The notes beneath the pieces are model-generated. The model saw only the letters and a program-made list of their open reading frames with translations, did not search any database and had not been told where the DNA came from. This document shows positions 19,929 through 30,243 of a stretch of DNA of 64,000 nucleotides, one piece after another (position 1 is the stretch's first letter; each line of letters opens with the position of its first letter). The stretch comes from an uncultured Bacilli bacterium (lineage in GTDB: Bacteria > Bacillota_I > Bacilli_A > RF39 > UBA660). The DNA lies in assembly GCA_944332475.1 (NCBI GenBank), contig CALVKA010000003.1:163257-227256 (forward strand). The letters are read 5' to 3'. A program made the position numbers and the translations under genes.

Positions 19929-21911
19929 TTATCCTTCTATGTATTGATTTGTCTTATATATCGTATCATCGATTTGTAAATAAATAGAATATTTTCCTGA
20001 TAATTTTTCTTTGTTTATATATTTTGTAACAACAATTCCATTTTCATTTTCTTCTGCTGTAAAGATATCGACACATAGTGCTGTATATGGTCGCTTACTA
20101 ATTGGAATTTCATATTCTTTTATTTTTCCATTTTTATATAAAATGGCTTTTACTTCTGTTCCCCTTACAAATCTTCCGCTAATAGCAAGTCTATCTTCTT
20201 CGTTTGTTATGGTTATATCGTGAGAAGTATATTCTTTATCTATTTCTTTAGCATCTGTTATAAATCCAAATCTTGTCGTTGTTGCTTCAGTTTCTCCTAG
20301 AGTTCCTTTTGTTTGTCCTGTTCCTAGTTCAAAAGTGTCTGTTCCGTAAAGGGACATTTTTTCTACTCGATAATTATTGGTTGGAAGAACAATTTCAAAA
20401 ATTACTTCATCATCTAATATTTCTACAGTATCACTTACTAAACGGTCTGCTCCACTGATTCCTGCTGGTTGGTTAGAATTCTTTCCATCTACGTAGACAA
20501 TTCCTCCAGAATGGACAATGTAATGGTCTTTTTCTAGATAATCAACATCTGAAATATATGGAGAATAAAACTCTTCTCCTCTTTCTTTTCCATATTCCCA
20601 GACTTGTTCAATTGTCATTTTATCTGTGTCAATTTTATACATTACTCCTCTAGAGTAGCTATCTTCTGCTGGTACATAATCTTCTTTGTTTTTTGATTTG
20701 TTATTTCCGTTGTCAAATAAGAACACATAGCCTTCTGGTGTTATCATTGCGGCATGTTGACTCCATTGCCATTCAAAATTGTCTCCTATCGGAGCAAAGA
20801 AGTATTTTTGATATTCTTCACTCCAATTGGTAGGATCTCCTATAATCCAGTTTAACTCTTCGGTGTCGTAATCAATATTAATGACTGCATCTTGATGTCT
20901 TCCAGATAAAGTAATTGAGTTTGTCTTTTCATCATACCAAACGGAATTGTTATGGAACCAGTCATATTCTACCCAATTTTCACTTTTTCCATCTTCCATA
21001 TTTAGAATATCTTTTAAATCAATAGTTTTTACAATATCTCCGGTTTCTCTATCTAATTCTACAATGTAGTCCTCAACAGTTCCTTTTTCGTTATTAAAGT
21101 CATCACTAGCAACTAGAAGATTGCCATTTGGCATTTCATAATAATCGTGATGATAGCCTCCAGGTAGACTATATTCTACATAAATTTTTCCCAACATATC
21201 CATCTCATATAATCCTGTTAAGTAGTATGGTTGATTTACTACTCGTTCTGTACTAACTAATAGATGGCCATTTTCTAGGCGATTCATCTCCCAGGTGGCC
21301 GTATTGGTTAAATACCATCTTGCATCTCCATTGGTATCATAGGCACAAGTATAACCACCACTAGATGGTGTAAAGAAATATAGGTCATTGGTTAATTTAT
21401 CCTCTTCTTTTTCTACGCTAGTTGGTAAAATTAAATCCTCTGGTAAGGGATCTGTCTTTATTGTTATTTCTTGTCTTTTATTTCCACATTCAATAATTAC
21501 TTTATTTTCGGTATCTGCATATAGTCCATAAATTGGTAAATAGTGTGTGGTTTCTTTTTCAAATTCATGGGTGTAGGTTGTTAATTCATCTTTTCCCTCT
21601 ATTGTTACTGTTGGTGCAAGGCTTTCTTCTGTTTCAAAAATAACTAGTGCTGTTAATGGGGAATTATTATAAGGGTCTACAATGATATTTGGATTTTCTA
21701 AGGTATATCCATTACTTTCAAAACTTTCTTCTAATTCTTGTTGCTCTGTTCTCAGACTTTTTGTCATTTCTAATGCGTCTGTTGCTGTTGATTGATGATT
21801 GCATACTAACAATACAATTATTATAGCTATTACTATAATAGCAACTACCATTATTAATATTTTCTTTCCTATTTTTCTGTTATTTTCTTTTGTTTTTTTC
21901 TTTTTTGCCAT
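19929..21911 (-). CDS. arylsulfotransferase (ASST)-family beta-propeller protein, N-terminally membrane anchored
   Basis: 660 aa with an N-terminal TM and His-rich propeller-like repeats (GGYHHDYYEMPNGNLLV, FLFDNGNN). Paired with a downstream thioredoxin-like gene, as assT-dsbL is in E. coli. Confidence 0.4.
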   Translation of the reverse strand: MAKKKKTKENNRKIGKKILIMVVAIIVIAIIIVLLVCNHQSTATDALEMTKSLRTEQQELEESFESNGYTLENPNIIVDPYNNSPLTALVIFETEESLAPTVTIEGKDELTTYTHEFEKETTHYLPIYGLYADTENKVIIECGNKRQEITIKTDPLPEDLILPTSVEKEEDKLTNDLYFFTPSSGGYTCAYDTNGDARWYLTNTATWEMNRLENGHLLVSTERVVNQPYYLTGLYEMDMLGKIYVEYSLPGGYHHDYYEMPNGNLLVASDDFNNEKGTVEDYIVELDRETGDIVKTIDLKDILNMEDGKSENWVEYDWFHNNSVWYDEKTNSITLSGRHQDAVINIDYDTEELNWIIGDPTNWSEEYQKYFFAPIGDNFEWQWSQHAAMITPEGYVFLFDNGNNKSKNKEDYVPAEDSYSRGVMYKIDTDKMTIEQVWEYGKERGEEFYSPYISDVDYLEKDHYIVHSGGIVYVDGKNSNQPAGISGADRLVSDTVEILDDEVIFEIVLPTNNYRVEKMSLYGTDTFELGTGQTKGTLGETEATTTRFGFITDAKEIDKEYTSHDITITNEEDRLAISGRFVRGTEVKAILYKNGKIKEYEIPISKRPYTALCVDIFTAEENENGIVVTKYINKEKLSGKYSIYLQIDDTIYKTNQYIEG

Positions 21912-21992
21912 AATCTTTCTCCTTTCTTTTAGTATACCTTATTTTTCTTTACAAAAAAATAAACGTAGCGTTTCATTTTGTAAACGTTACGT

Positions 21993-22697
21993 TTAGTTAC
22001 ATGTTCCTGTTAATTGTAATGGTACTTTATACGTTATAATATTATCATTTGTATCTCGTAGGTTAATATCAATGTATAGTTTACTATTTTTAATACTACT
22101 ATTCGTACAAGTAAAGTTTTGTACTTTAAATTCTGTCTCTTTCAATAATTCAGATAAAGTTTTTGGATCTTGTTCTTTTTTTATAGAACCACATTGAGAT
22201 ACTTTTTCTTCTAGATTATTATGGCTTTCATAAAGAATGCATTCCATTCCTACATACTTTTCTTCTTCCTCTCCTTCTAAGTATTCAATATTTGAAATAT
22301 AAATAGAGTTTTGATCAGAAGAATATACTGCTACTCCTTTTACATTAAATTGTTCATTTGTTGATTTTATGTCTGTAAAATTATAACTGCTTGGTCTTAA
22401 AAATAAATAAATAGAAAGTGCTAATAATACTATTACTACTATCATTATTACTATCATCTTTATGTTTTTTTTCTTTTTAGGGTTTGTAGCTGTTAATATA
22501 TTATCAATGTTAATATGAAATTCACTACTAATTTTTTGTAAAATTTCTATATCAGGAAGGCCCCTACCATTTTCCCATTTTGATACTGCTTGTGCAGTTA
22601 CATTTAATTTATCAGCGAATTCTTTTTGTGTTAAATTTTGCTGCTTTCGTAAGTTTAGAATAAATTTTCCGATTTTTTCTTGATCCATACTGCACAA
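21993..22697 (-). CDS. membrane-anchored XRE-family HTH transcriptional regulator
   Basis: N-terminal HTH LRKQQNLTQKEFADKLNVTAQAVSKWENGRGLP, then a TM helix and an extracytoplasmic domain. Confidence 0.7.
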   Translation of the reverse strand: MCSMDQEKIGKFILNLRKQQNLTQKEFADKLNVTAQAVSKWENGRGLPDIEILQKISSEFHINIDNILTATNPKKKKNIKMIVIMIVVIVLLALSIYLFLRPSSYNFTDIKSTNEQFNVKGVAVYSSDQNSIYISNIEYLEGEEEEKYVGMECILYESHNNLEEKVSQCGSIKKEQDPKTLSELLKETEFKVQNFTCTNSSIKNSKLYIDINLRDTNDNIITYKVPLQLTGTCN

Positions 22698-22772
22698 ACT
22701 CCTTCTTTCTTATTATAACTTTTTTTAGAAGTGTTTGGTATAGTTTTTATTTAATTTTCACAAAACAAGATT

Positions 22773-23654
22773 TTATTTCTTTTCCTTTTGAATATGAATT
22801 GGGTCTACGTGAATGACGGTTAAAAAAACTTCTGGAATTGTGTTTGTAATTTCTTTTTCTAAGTGATTAGCAATTTTGTGGCTTTCAAATGTCTTTAGAT
22901 TACCATCTACTTGAATGGTAAAAAAGATTTGATATTGATAGCCTACTGGTGCCGAATGAAAGTTTTTTATTCCTTTTACTGTATCATGACTTTTGACTAA
23001 TTCATATACTTGTTGTTTGGTCTCTTCATTAATAGATTTGTCCATTAAAACATCATAACTTTCTTTAAAGATTCCAATACCAGTTGCAATAATCCAAATA
23101 GAAATAACTGTTCCTACGATACCATCTACCCAATAAATACCAAAACTTCCCAATATAATAGCTAGCAAGTTTAAACTAGTTACAATACAGTCATTTCTAT
23201 GATCCTTACAATTTGCTTTCATTAATAAATTATTATGTTTTTCGGCGATGGTTTTGGTATACATATATAACGAAAATTTTATTAAAATTGTAATAATACA
23301 AATAACTATTAACCAAATTGAAAATGTAAATGTCTCCTGGGTAAATAAAGATTCTATGGAGTCTAAGGCTACCGTTAATCCCATTACCATCATCGCAATA
23401 CTAATTAAAAGCGAATAAATATATTCTGCTTTTCCGTGACCTAAATTATGATCCTCATCAGATGGTACAGAAGCAATTTTATTTCCAATAAATGTCATAA
23501 GCGATGAAAAAATATCTCCTGCACTGTTGGTGGCATCTGCAATCATGGCTTGGCTTTTGGTGATAATTCCTATGCTACCTTTTAATAACAATAATATAAT
23601 ATTTCCTATCATTCCTAAGATACTTGCTTTATTTGCGGATTGAAATCTATCCAT
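22773..23654 (-). CDS. cation diffusion facilitator (CDF) family metal efflux transporter
   Basis: Six-TM core with the CDF N-terminal signature (ILGMIGNIILLLLKGSIGIITKSQAMIADATNSAGD) and a C-terminal cytoplasmic domain. Confidence 0.8.
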   Translation of the reverse strand: MDRFQSANKASILGMIGNIILLLLKGSIGIITKSQAMIADATNSAGDIFSSLMTFIGNKIASVPSDEDHNLGHGKAEYIYSLLISIAMMVMGLTVALDSIESLFTQETFTFSIWLIVICIITILIKFSLYMYTKTIAEKHNNLLMKANCKDHRNDCIVTSLNLLAIILGSFGIYWVDGIVGTVISIWIIATGIGIFKESYDVLMDKSINEETKQQVYELVKSHDTVKGIKNFHSAPVGYQYQIFFTIQVDGNLKTFESHKIANHLEKEITNTIPEVFLTVIHVDPIHIQKEKK

Positions 23655-23683
23655 CTTCTTCTCCTCTTTTCTTTTTTAGTATA

Positions 23684-24796
23684 CTATATTTTTAGATTCT
23701 TTTGTATTCCTCTTTTCGAAGGGTTCATTCTTTTATATAATGAACCATTACGATAACTTTTGTCATCGGTTACTTCTTTTACTACTGTAACGAAAGGAGG
23801 CATGTTTATCTCTTGATTTGGAATTAAAGTTTCTACTTCTAACATTTGGAAACCGTTTTCAAAAATGTCTAGCCTAAAGTATTGATTTTCATACTCAAAA
23901 CAATATCTAGTCTTTCTAATTGGTTTTTCTGTTGACGATAGATATTGATAGTATTCTTCTTCGGCTATTTGACGTTGAGTTGTAATTCTTTCGTTATTGA
24001 TTGAGGTATCTATTTTCATAATTCTAGTATATTTTATTTCTTTTTCTTTTTGTGTTTTTCGATAAATGTATTCTACCTTACCGCTTTCCATCATGTATTG
24101 TTCTATTTCTAATTTTACTAATTTTACTTCTTCTATTTTTGATAAATCTATTCCACTAATAATGTATTTTCTTTGAATTTGTACTGGATATGGTTTAGAT
24201 AAAGCATGATAAATTTCTTTTAGTACCTGTTCTATTTTACGATCAAATGAGGTTTCATTTCCAATGATTGAAAGTTTTTCATGACCAAGCCATGCTTCAA
24301 GTGTTTTTTTATCTTTTATTTTTGCCTCTGCCACGGTCTCTGTTCTTGCCGAATTATTATCTAAGGTGTAAAACTCTTCTTTGCCTAAAGCCGCTGTTCT
24401 TAAATGTAGGACAACGTCATAACGACTCATTAAATCAAACTCAGAAACGTCAAAATCTTGTAATAAGTGTTGCCATTGTTTTTTTGTTACATAGGCCTTA
24501 TCATCTAGTATTCCTCGGTCACATACTATTATGGTTGGAGTATCTGACTGATTAGCTGCCTCTTCAGCTAATTGTTCTAAGGTCATTTGTAAGGTTATGA
24601 CTTGCCTTTGAAATTCTCTTGTATTTAGGGCATATTTTCCAAAGGATCTGATGCCACTATTAATTAAGATTGTTGCTGCTTCTGGTACGATTAAGACTTG
24701 GTATCCTTTCTCTGTAAACTCCTTTTCAATTGATTGCATCGCTGTTGTTTTTCCGGCACATGGGCCACCGGTCAATACAATTTTTGTACTTTTCAT
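23684..24796 (-). CDS. P-loop NTPase (AAA_28-like) fused to a C-terminal CYTH-like domain
   Basis: Walker A IVLTGGPCAGKTT. The C-terminal half has a CYTH-like pattern (KLVKLEIEQY..., charged beta-strand repeats). Confidence 0.45.
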   Translation of the reverse strand: MKSTKIVLTGGPCAGKTTAMQSIEKEFTEKGYQVLIVPEAATILINSGIRSFGKYALNTREFQRQVITLQMTLEQLAEEAANQSDTPTIIVCDRGILDDKAYVTKKQWQHLLQDFDVSEFDLMSRYDVVLHLRTAALGKEEFYTLDNNSARTETVAEAKIKDKKTLEAWLGHEKLSIIGNETSFDRKIEQVLKEIYHALSKPYPVQIQRKYIISGIDLSKIEEVKLVKLEIEQYMMESGKVEYIYRKTQKEKEIKYTRIMKIDTSINNERITTQRQIAEEEYYQYLSSTEKPIRKTRYCFEYENQYFRLDIFENGFQMLEVETLIPNQEINMPPFVTVVKEVTDDKSYRNGSLYKRMNPSKRGIQKNLKI

Positions 24797-25401
24797 TTTT
24801 CCACCTTTCTTTTCCTATATACTTTTTCAAAACAACAAGCACCACATAGTGGTACATATTCTATCCTGGTATCTTCACCATCGATTGCTACCTCCTCTCC
24901 TTCCATGGTGAAAGTTCCATTTACTTTTCTAGCATTAAATTTTGCAGGCTCTCCACAGATACATAAGGAATTACTATCTAATTCTATTACTTCATCTGCT
25001 AAGGCGAATAGTCTTGCGGATCCAGGAAATAAATTGCTTTGAAAATTTGTTTTTAAACCAAAACAAGAGATGGGTATTCCAATTCGTTTATTGATTGCCC
25101 ATAATCGTTCTATTTGTTCCGGTTCTAAAAATTGTGCCTCATCTACGATGATATGATCGCTAGACCATAACTTTTCCATATGTTCTTTTTCTAATAAATC
25201 TTCACCAGGTTTTAATACAATATCTGCAGGTCTTCGTTCTCCTTGACGATTGATGATATCAGTCTTTCCTTTGGTATCTGTCCATGGTTTGATTACAATT
25301 ACGTTCTGTCCATTTTCTTCTAGGTCGTGTATCTTTTGAAATATTCTAGTTGTTTTTCCACCTTTCATAGCACTATAATAAAATATTAATTTTTGTTGCA
25401 T
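24793..25401 (-). CDS. tdk: thymidine kinase
   Basis: P-loop YSAMKGGKTT, ~200 aa, C-terminal zinc ribbon CICGEP...PLCGAC typical of type II TK. Confidence 0.85.
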   Translation of the reverse strand: MQQKLIFYYSAMKGGKTTRIFQKIHDLEENGQNVIVIKPWTDTKGKTDIINRQGERRPADIVLKPGEDLLEKEHMEKLWSSDHIIVDEAQFLEPEQIERLWAINKRIGIPISCFGLKTNFQSNLFPGSARLFALADEVIELDSNSLCICGEPAKFNARKVNGTFTMEGEEVAIDGEDTRIEYVPLCGACCFEKVYRKRKVEK

Positions 25402-25410
25402 ATTCTCACT

Positions 25411-26061
25411 CTATTCTTTAAATTTATATATCTTGGCTTTTTTCTTTCCTTCGAAAATTTTTTCTTCTTCGGTTGGAATGATTTGATTCGTATTTAATAG
25501 TTTCTTACGGAAATTTCTTCGGTCTAGTTTTTTTTCTAAAATGCTTTCATAAATTTTTTGTAATTCTGGTAGTGTAAATCCATCTGGGAAAAATACTTTT
25601 AAAATATTTGTGGATAATACCATCTTTTTTAATTTCTTTATGGCATCTTCTATGATTTCGTTATGGTCATATGCTAGTGGCGGAATGTCATTGATTGTAA
25701 ACCATGCGGCATTACTCGTTTTTAAGGTGTCTTTTAAAATGTTTACTTTGTCGATATCTACCATTCCAATATAACTGATTGCAACCATTCTCATAACTGG
25801 AGAACGGTCTTTTTTACCAAAGACATTGGACAGTCTTACTTCTATATCTGTCAGTCCAGTTTTTTCTTTTATTTCTCGAAAAAGGCCTTCTTCTAGGTCT
25901 TCATCATTATACAAAGCTCCTCCTGTTAATGCCCAGAATCCTTGATAGGGATTATTTTTTCTCTTGATTAATAATACCTTTAATTCTCCTTTATCGACCG
26001 TAAAAATCGTGGTGATAACATGAATACCTTGATTTCTATATTTGGGATTGTTTACTTCCAT
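25411..26061 (-). CDS. NUDIX hydrolase (ADP-ribose pyrophosphatase/NrtR-like, with C-terminal extension)
   Basis: Nudix box-like GGALYNDEDLEEGLFREIKEKTGL. Confidence 0.65.
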   Translation of the reverse strand: MEVNNPKYRNQGIHVITTIFTVDKGELKVLLIKRKNNPYQGFWALTGGALYNDEDLEEGLFREIKEKTGLTDIEVRLSNVFGKKDRSPVMRMVAISYIGMVDIDKVNILKDTLKTSNAAWFTINDIPPLAYDHNEIIEDAIKKLKKMVLSTNILKVFFPDGFTLPELQKIYESILEKKLDRRNFRKKLLNTNQIIPTEEEKIFEGKKKAKIYKFKE

Positions 26062-26207
26062 ATTCTATATCCTTTCTACAGTTTTATTATATGTGTACTT
26101 TTGTACGCTTGTCAACTTTCTTTCATAAAAAAAGAAGAAGATTTTTCTTCCTCCCTTATTTTTCTTTCTTCATATGATTATTCCTTGTCATTATTTTACA
26201 ATATGCT

Positions 26208-26492
26208 TTACATACATTGGTCATGATATTCGGGATGTTTTTTAATCCAGTGATCAACATAACTACAAGTAATTACTGCCTTTTTATTTTCTTTTTTTAG
26301 TTTTTTAAATAATTCTTCTACTAGTTTTGAAGCGATTTGTTGTCCCTGATAATCAGGATCTACATATGTATGACAAATATCTACTGTATTTTCATCTATA
26401 GGTGTAAACTCTACTTCTCCAATTTCTTTTCCTTCTATTTCATATACAATTTTATTTTCTTTTTCTTTCATTTTATTTTCTCCTTTTTGCAT
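26208..26492 (-). CDS. small GNAT-like acetyltransferase-fold protein (YjdJ-like)
   Basis: 94 aa, pattern VDPDYQGQQIASKLVEEL. Confidence 0.4.
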   Translation of the reverse strand: MQKGENKMKEKENKIVYEIEGKEIGEVEFTPIDENTVDICHTYVDPDYQGQQIASKLVEELFKKLKKENKKAVITCSYVDHWIKKHPEYHDQCM

Positions 26493-27027
26493 CTTGTGGC
26501 AGTTTATTTAGACTTGTTGTTAACAAAAGCATATCTAAGTCTGCTTCTATAGGTTCTTTAGAAAAACTTGAAATATAATCTTGCCATCTTTCTTGTGTTA
26601 ATGGTGTTACCCCTGTTTCTAATAAATCGTTTACTATCGTTTTATTTTTTATTTTTTCACTTGGCCACTCATCTAACGATACTAGTGTAGCATTTTCTTT
26701 TTTAGTAAATTGTGAAAAACTAGGGTCAATTAATAATCTTTGAATAGAGTCTTCTGCTCTATATTCTGCAATTAAGATAACATGGTCTACTGAGGCGATA
26801 TCATCTAAGTCAATCCAATAACTTTTAATTCCATTTTCTTCTAATTGCTCTTTTATTTGACTAGCTAAATATTTACAGAAGCCATCTAGACTTGGAGATA
26901 GATCTAGTACTTTTTCTGTTTCTTCCTGAGTAATTTCTCTTACGGTTTTTTCTACAGCTTCAGAATTTTTATTGGCAATATTTAAAATTGAGTTATAAAA
27001 ACTATAGATATCTTTCATTTTATTCAT
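26473..27027 (-). CDS. hypothetical 184-aa protein
   Basis: Complete ORF; no recognised motif. Confidence 0.4.
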   Translation of the reverse strand: MNKMKDIYSFYNSILNIANKNSEAVEKTVREITQEETEKVLDLSPSLDGFCKYLASQIKEQLEENGIKSYWIDLDDIASVDHVILIAEYRAEDSIQRLLIDPSFSQFTKKENATLVSLDEWPSEKIKNKTIVNDLLETGVTPLTQERWQDYISSFSKEPIEADLDMLLLTTSLNKLPQDAKRRK

Positions 27028-27071
27028 CCTTTCCTTTTTATTATAACAAAAAAATACTGAAATTCAGTATT

Positions 27072-27677
27072 TTATTTCCTACTTTCTTGCATAGTATATC
27101 TTTTTTGTCTAGCCGTGGTTCTGCGATAAGAATTTTCATTTTCTTCTAATATGTTTGCTTCTTTTTGTTTTACATAGTACTCTGCAATTTTATAGGCTTG
27201 TAACATATAGTCTGGACTATTCATGTCTATTCCTAATCTTCTTGCGGTTTGTGGTTTTACACGATTCATAGATCTATTTTCATAAGATAATGATACCAAT
27301 TGATGAAATGTTTTTATTCCCATGTCTAAATTATTTCTTGCGATATTAAAGTAAAATTGAGAATATGGATAGGTCATGGCGGATTTTATCATTTTCTTTT
27401 CTTCTTTTCCAGCATTCTTTAGTTCTTTTGATGCTTCTACAATCATTTGTTTGTATAAAAAGATTCCCGTTTCACCCATTGGAAATCCTAGTGATTCTAG
27501 TAAATATAAGATATTCATTTCATCTTTCTCTTGGTCTGATAGTTCTATGAGATCAAATCCATAAGTTCTACCTTCCCAATATTTTTCATAACTAGAATCA
27601 TAATAGGCTGGTGATAGGTTTAATCTTAATATTGTATTGTCATATACCTTCATCGACGGTACTTGTTGTTTCTTCAT
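27072..27677 (-). CDS. hypothetical 201-aa protein
   Basis: Complete ORF; a leader hairpin with U-tract sits just upstream (see findings). Confidence 0.4.
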   Translation of the reverse strand: MKKQQVPSMKVYDNTILRLNLSPAYYDSSYEKYWEGRTYGFDLIELSDQEKDEMNILYLLESLGFPMGETGIFLYKQMIVEASKELKNAGKEEKKMIKSAMTYPYSQFYFNIARNNLDMGIKTFHQLVSLSYENRSMNRVKPQTARRLGIDMNSPDYMLQAYKIAEYYVKQKEANILEENENSYRRTTARQKRYTMQESRK

Positions 27678-27847
27678 TTTTATCCCCTCTTTTTATTTTA
27701 TGCTTTCACATAGAAAAAAGCACAGAGTTTTTGCTCTTAGAAGCGACTCCGTGCTTTTATACGCGTGTAGGCTTTATACCTGAGATAGCTCACAATATTT
27801 GCTTATATCTCCTCGCTTGCGGTCTATATTATAACACATATTTATTT

Positions 27848-27876
27848 TTAAGTCAATCATTTGTTTGTGATATACT
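27848..27876 (+). promoter_or_regulatory. promoter with extended -10 (TGaTATACT) for the 27894 gene
   Basis: TG at 27868-27869, TATACT at 27871-27876, weak -35 TTAAGT 17 nt upstream, AGGAGG RBS at 27884-27889. Confidence 0.35.
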
Positions 27877-27893
27877 ATATTTAGGAGGTTTTT

Positions 27894-28502
27894 ATGAAAA
27901 CATTAGAGCAATTAAAAAATGATGCGTATCAGTTGGTACAATTATTAGAGGTTTGTGGTTGCAAAAAGGTGTATCAAGGAGACGAGAAAGAAGGATACCA
28001 ATCCTTGTTATTTGATGGAAATTCGGGAACTGTTTTTTCTGTTGAAGTTATTCCCTGGGAAAACAGTGCTGAGATTCGTACGTCTTCTAGCCAACGTCAA
28101 CATTTTCCTACCGAACAGATTTTAGACGGTATCAGTATGAATATTCCTTTATTTTCTAATTATTTGGTTTCCCAGCATGCTGATTTACCACTTGTATCTT
28201 TGATGGAGGAAAAAGAGTTATACTGTATGCCTATTGCTTCTAGAGTTGAATTATTGATGGGTGCACCAGTGGATGCCTATGAGATTTACTTGATGACAGG
28301 ACAAGTTCCTGGTGTTGATAGAGAAGAGCTTCAAAGGGTAGAAAAAAACTATGACTTAGACTACTATCACAAAAAGAGCCAGAGAGAACAAATTGTAGAG
28401 CGGAAAATGCATGTTTTTCCTGATGCTATTCAATCTTTTTATCAACAGTCTATTCCTATAGAGGAAAAAACATCTGGCGGAATGCAAAAAATAAGAGGCT
28501 AA
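27894..28502 (+). CDS. hypothetical 202-aa protein
   Basis: Complete ORF with strong RBS; no recognised motif. Confidence 0.5.
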   Translation: MKTLEQLKNDAYQLVQLLEVCGCKKVYQGDEKEGYQSLLFDGNSGTVFSVEVIPWENSAEIRTSSSQRQHFPTEQILDGISMNIPLFSNYLVSQHADLPLVSLMEEKELYCMPIASRVELLMGAPVDAYEIYLMTGQVPGVDREELQRVEKNYDLDYYHKKSQREQIVERKMHVFPDAIQSFYQQSIPIEEKTSGGMQKIRG

Positions 28503-29242
28503 GCCTCTTTTTCTATTTTGTTCATCACCTTTTGTAAAACTGTTCCAATACTATCATAAAATATTAGGTCACACCTATTATCATAAGGTGTTTTTTCTTT
28601 GTTAATTAAAATGAGATGTTTTCCTTGGAAGTATTGTAGTAAACCAGCAGCTGGATAAACGTTCAAAGATGTTCCACCTATGATTAAGACTTCTGCTTTT
28701 TGAATAGCAGCTATTGCATTTATCATATTTTCTTCTTTTAGTGGTTCTTCATATAAAACAACATCTGGTTTTATTACTCCACCACAACTGCATTTTGGAA
28801 TACCATTACTGGAAAACACTTTTTTAGCGGGATAAAATTTATGACAATTCATACAGTAATTTCTCAATATGGATCCGTGTAATTCTATTACGTTTTTTGA
28901 GCCTGCCATTTGATGAAATCCATCGATATTTTGTGTGATAATAGTATCTAATATTCTTTTTTGTTCTAATTTAGCTAATACTTTATGTGCAATATTTGGT
29001 GCATAATTTAGACTATTTAATTTATCTTTATAAAATTGAAAGAATTCTTCTGCATGCTCTAAAAAGAAATGATGCGATAGAATTTCTTCGGGTGGATATT
29101 TATACTTTTCATGATACAAGCCATCTTTACTTCTAAAGTCCTTTAAACCACTTTCTGTTGAGACACCTGCTCCTCCAAAAAAGACTGTACTTTTAGAGTT
29201 CTTGATTATATTTACAAAAGTTTCTATTTTATCTTCTTGCAT
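28499..29242 (-). CDS. cobB: NAD-dependent protein deacetylase (Sir2 family)
   Basis: GAGVSTESGLKDFRS motif; zinc-ribbon Cys pairs CMNC...CSCG. Confidence 0.85.
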   Translation of the reverse strand: MQEDKIETFVNIIKNSKSTVFFGGAGVSTESGLKDFRSKDGLYHEKYKYPPEEILSHHFFLEHAEEFFQFYKDKLNSLNYAPNIAHKVLAKLEQKRILDTIITQNIDGFHQMAGSKNVIELHGSILRNYCMNCHKFYPAKKVFSSNGIPKCSCGGVIKPDVVLYEEPLKEENMINAIAAIQKAEVLIIGGTSLNVYPAAGLLQYFQGKHLILINKEKTPYDNRCDLIFYDSIGTVLQKVMNKIEKEA

Positions 29243-30221
29243 TTTTTGTTCCTTCCTTTTCTAAATACTCTTTATAATCATCTGTTACTTTAAAACCGGC
29301 TTTGCATTGTATGGCTATTTCATCTAACTCTTCTAGTGTTCCATACTTTTCTTTCATTTTAGAAAACATATATTCTGTTGCCTCTTCTATTCGTTCCGTT
29401 GGTGAGTTCCATTGTCTTATTTCATTTACTCTTTGTAGACAAACACCAATTTGAAGAGCTCGAACTTGTGGTGCAAAATCATCATATTTTCCAGCTCTTT
29501 TTAGTTCTTCTTCCAACTCATCTGCCACCACAAAAATATCATCTAGTTTATTATTATCTTGAAAATTTTTTGCAGATACTCCGCTACTGGTATCTCTTCG
29601 ATAAAAATAATTGGTCGTTGGTACATCTACTACGGTGTCTGCTTCTAGAAATCTAGTAAAACTAAAAGCAATATCTTCCCACATACAGCCTGATAAAAAC
29701 TTGTAGTTTTTTACTGTATCTTTTCGAAATAATTTATTGCAAACAGATGGGCTTTGGTTAAAAACTGCATCTTTTTGTTGCATGGGATGAATTACTGATG
29801 GTATTCCTTTTGAAAAATAACTTAAATCTTGTCCACGAAATTCTCTTTCTTTTACAAATGTTAGTCCTGTTGTAATTAGTTCTGGAAAATTATATTGTTG
29901 TGCTACCTTATATAATTCTTCATACATACCTGGATTGATATAATCATCACTATCTAGAAATGCAAGGTATTCTCCTTCTGCTAATTCTATTCCTCTATTT
30001 CTAGTTTCACTTTGTCCTAAATTTCTTTCGTTTTGATAGACTTTTATATTGGGATAAATTCTAGCATATTCTTTTAATACTTCTAGACTTTGATCTGTAG
30101 ACCAGTCATCAATCGCAATAATTTCAATCTCTTTCTCCGTTTGCTCTACTAAAGAATCTAGACAGTCTCTTACTTCTTCTTTCATATTATAAACTGGTAC
30201 TATTACACTTATTTTTGGCAT
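29229..30221 (-). CDS. family 2 glycosyltransferase
   Basis: ISVIVPVYN...IDDWSTDQS and DSDD motifs. Confidence 0.8.
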   Translation of the reverse strand: MPKISVIVPVYNMKEEVRDCLDSLVEQTEKEIEIIAIDDWSTDQSLEVLKEYARIYPNIKVYQNERNLGQSETRNRGIELAEGEYLAFLDSDDYINPGMYEELYKVAQQYNFPELITTGLTFVKEREFRGQDLSYFSKGIPSVIHPMQQKDAVFNQSPSVCNKLFRKDTVKNYKFLSGCMWEDIAFSFTRFLEADTVVDVPTTNYFYRRDTSSGVSAKNFQDNNKLDDIFVVADELEEELKRAGKYDDFAPQVRALQIGVCLQRVNEIRQWNSPTERIEEATEYMFSKMKEKYGTLEELDEIAIQCKAGFKVTDDYKEYLEKEGTKNARR

Positions 30222-30243
30222 ACATTCTCCTTCCTTCTTTTTT

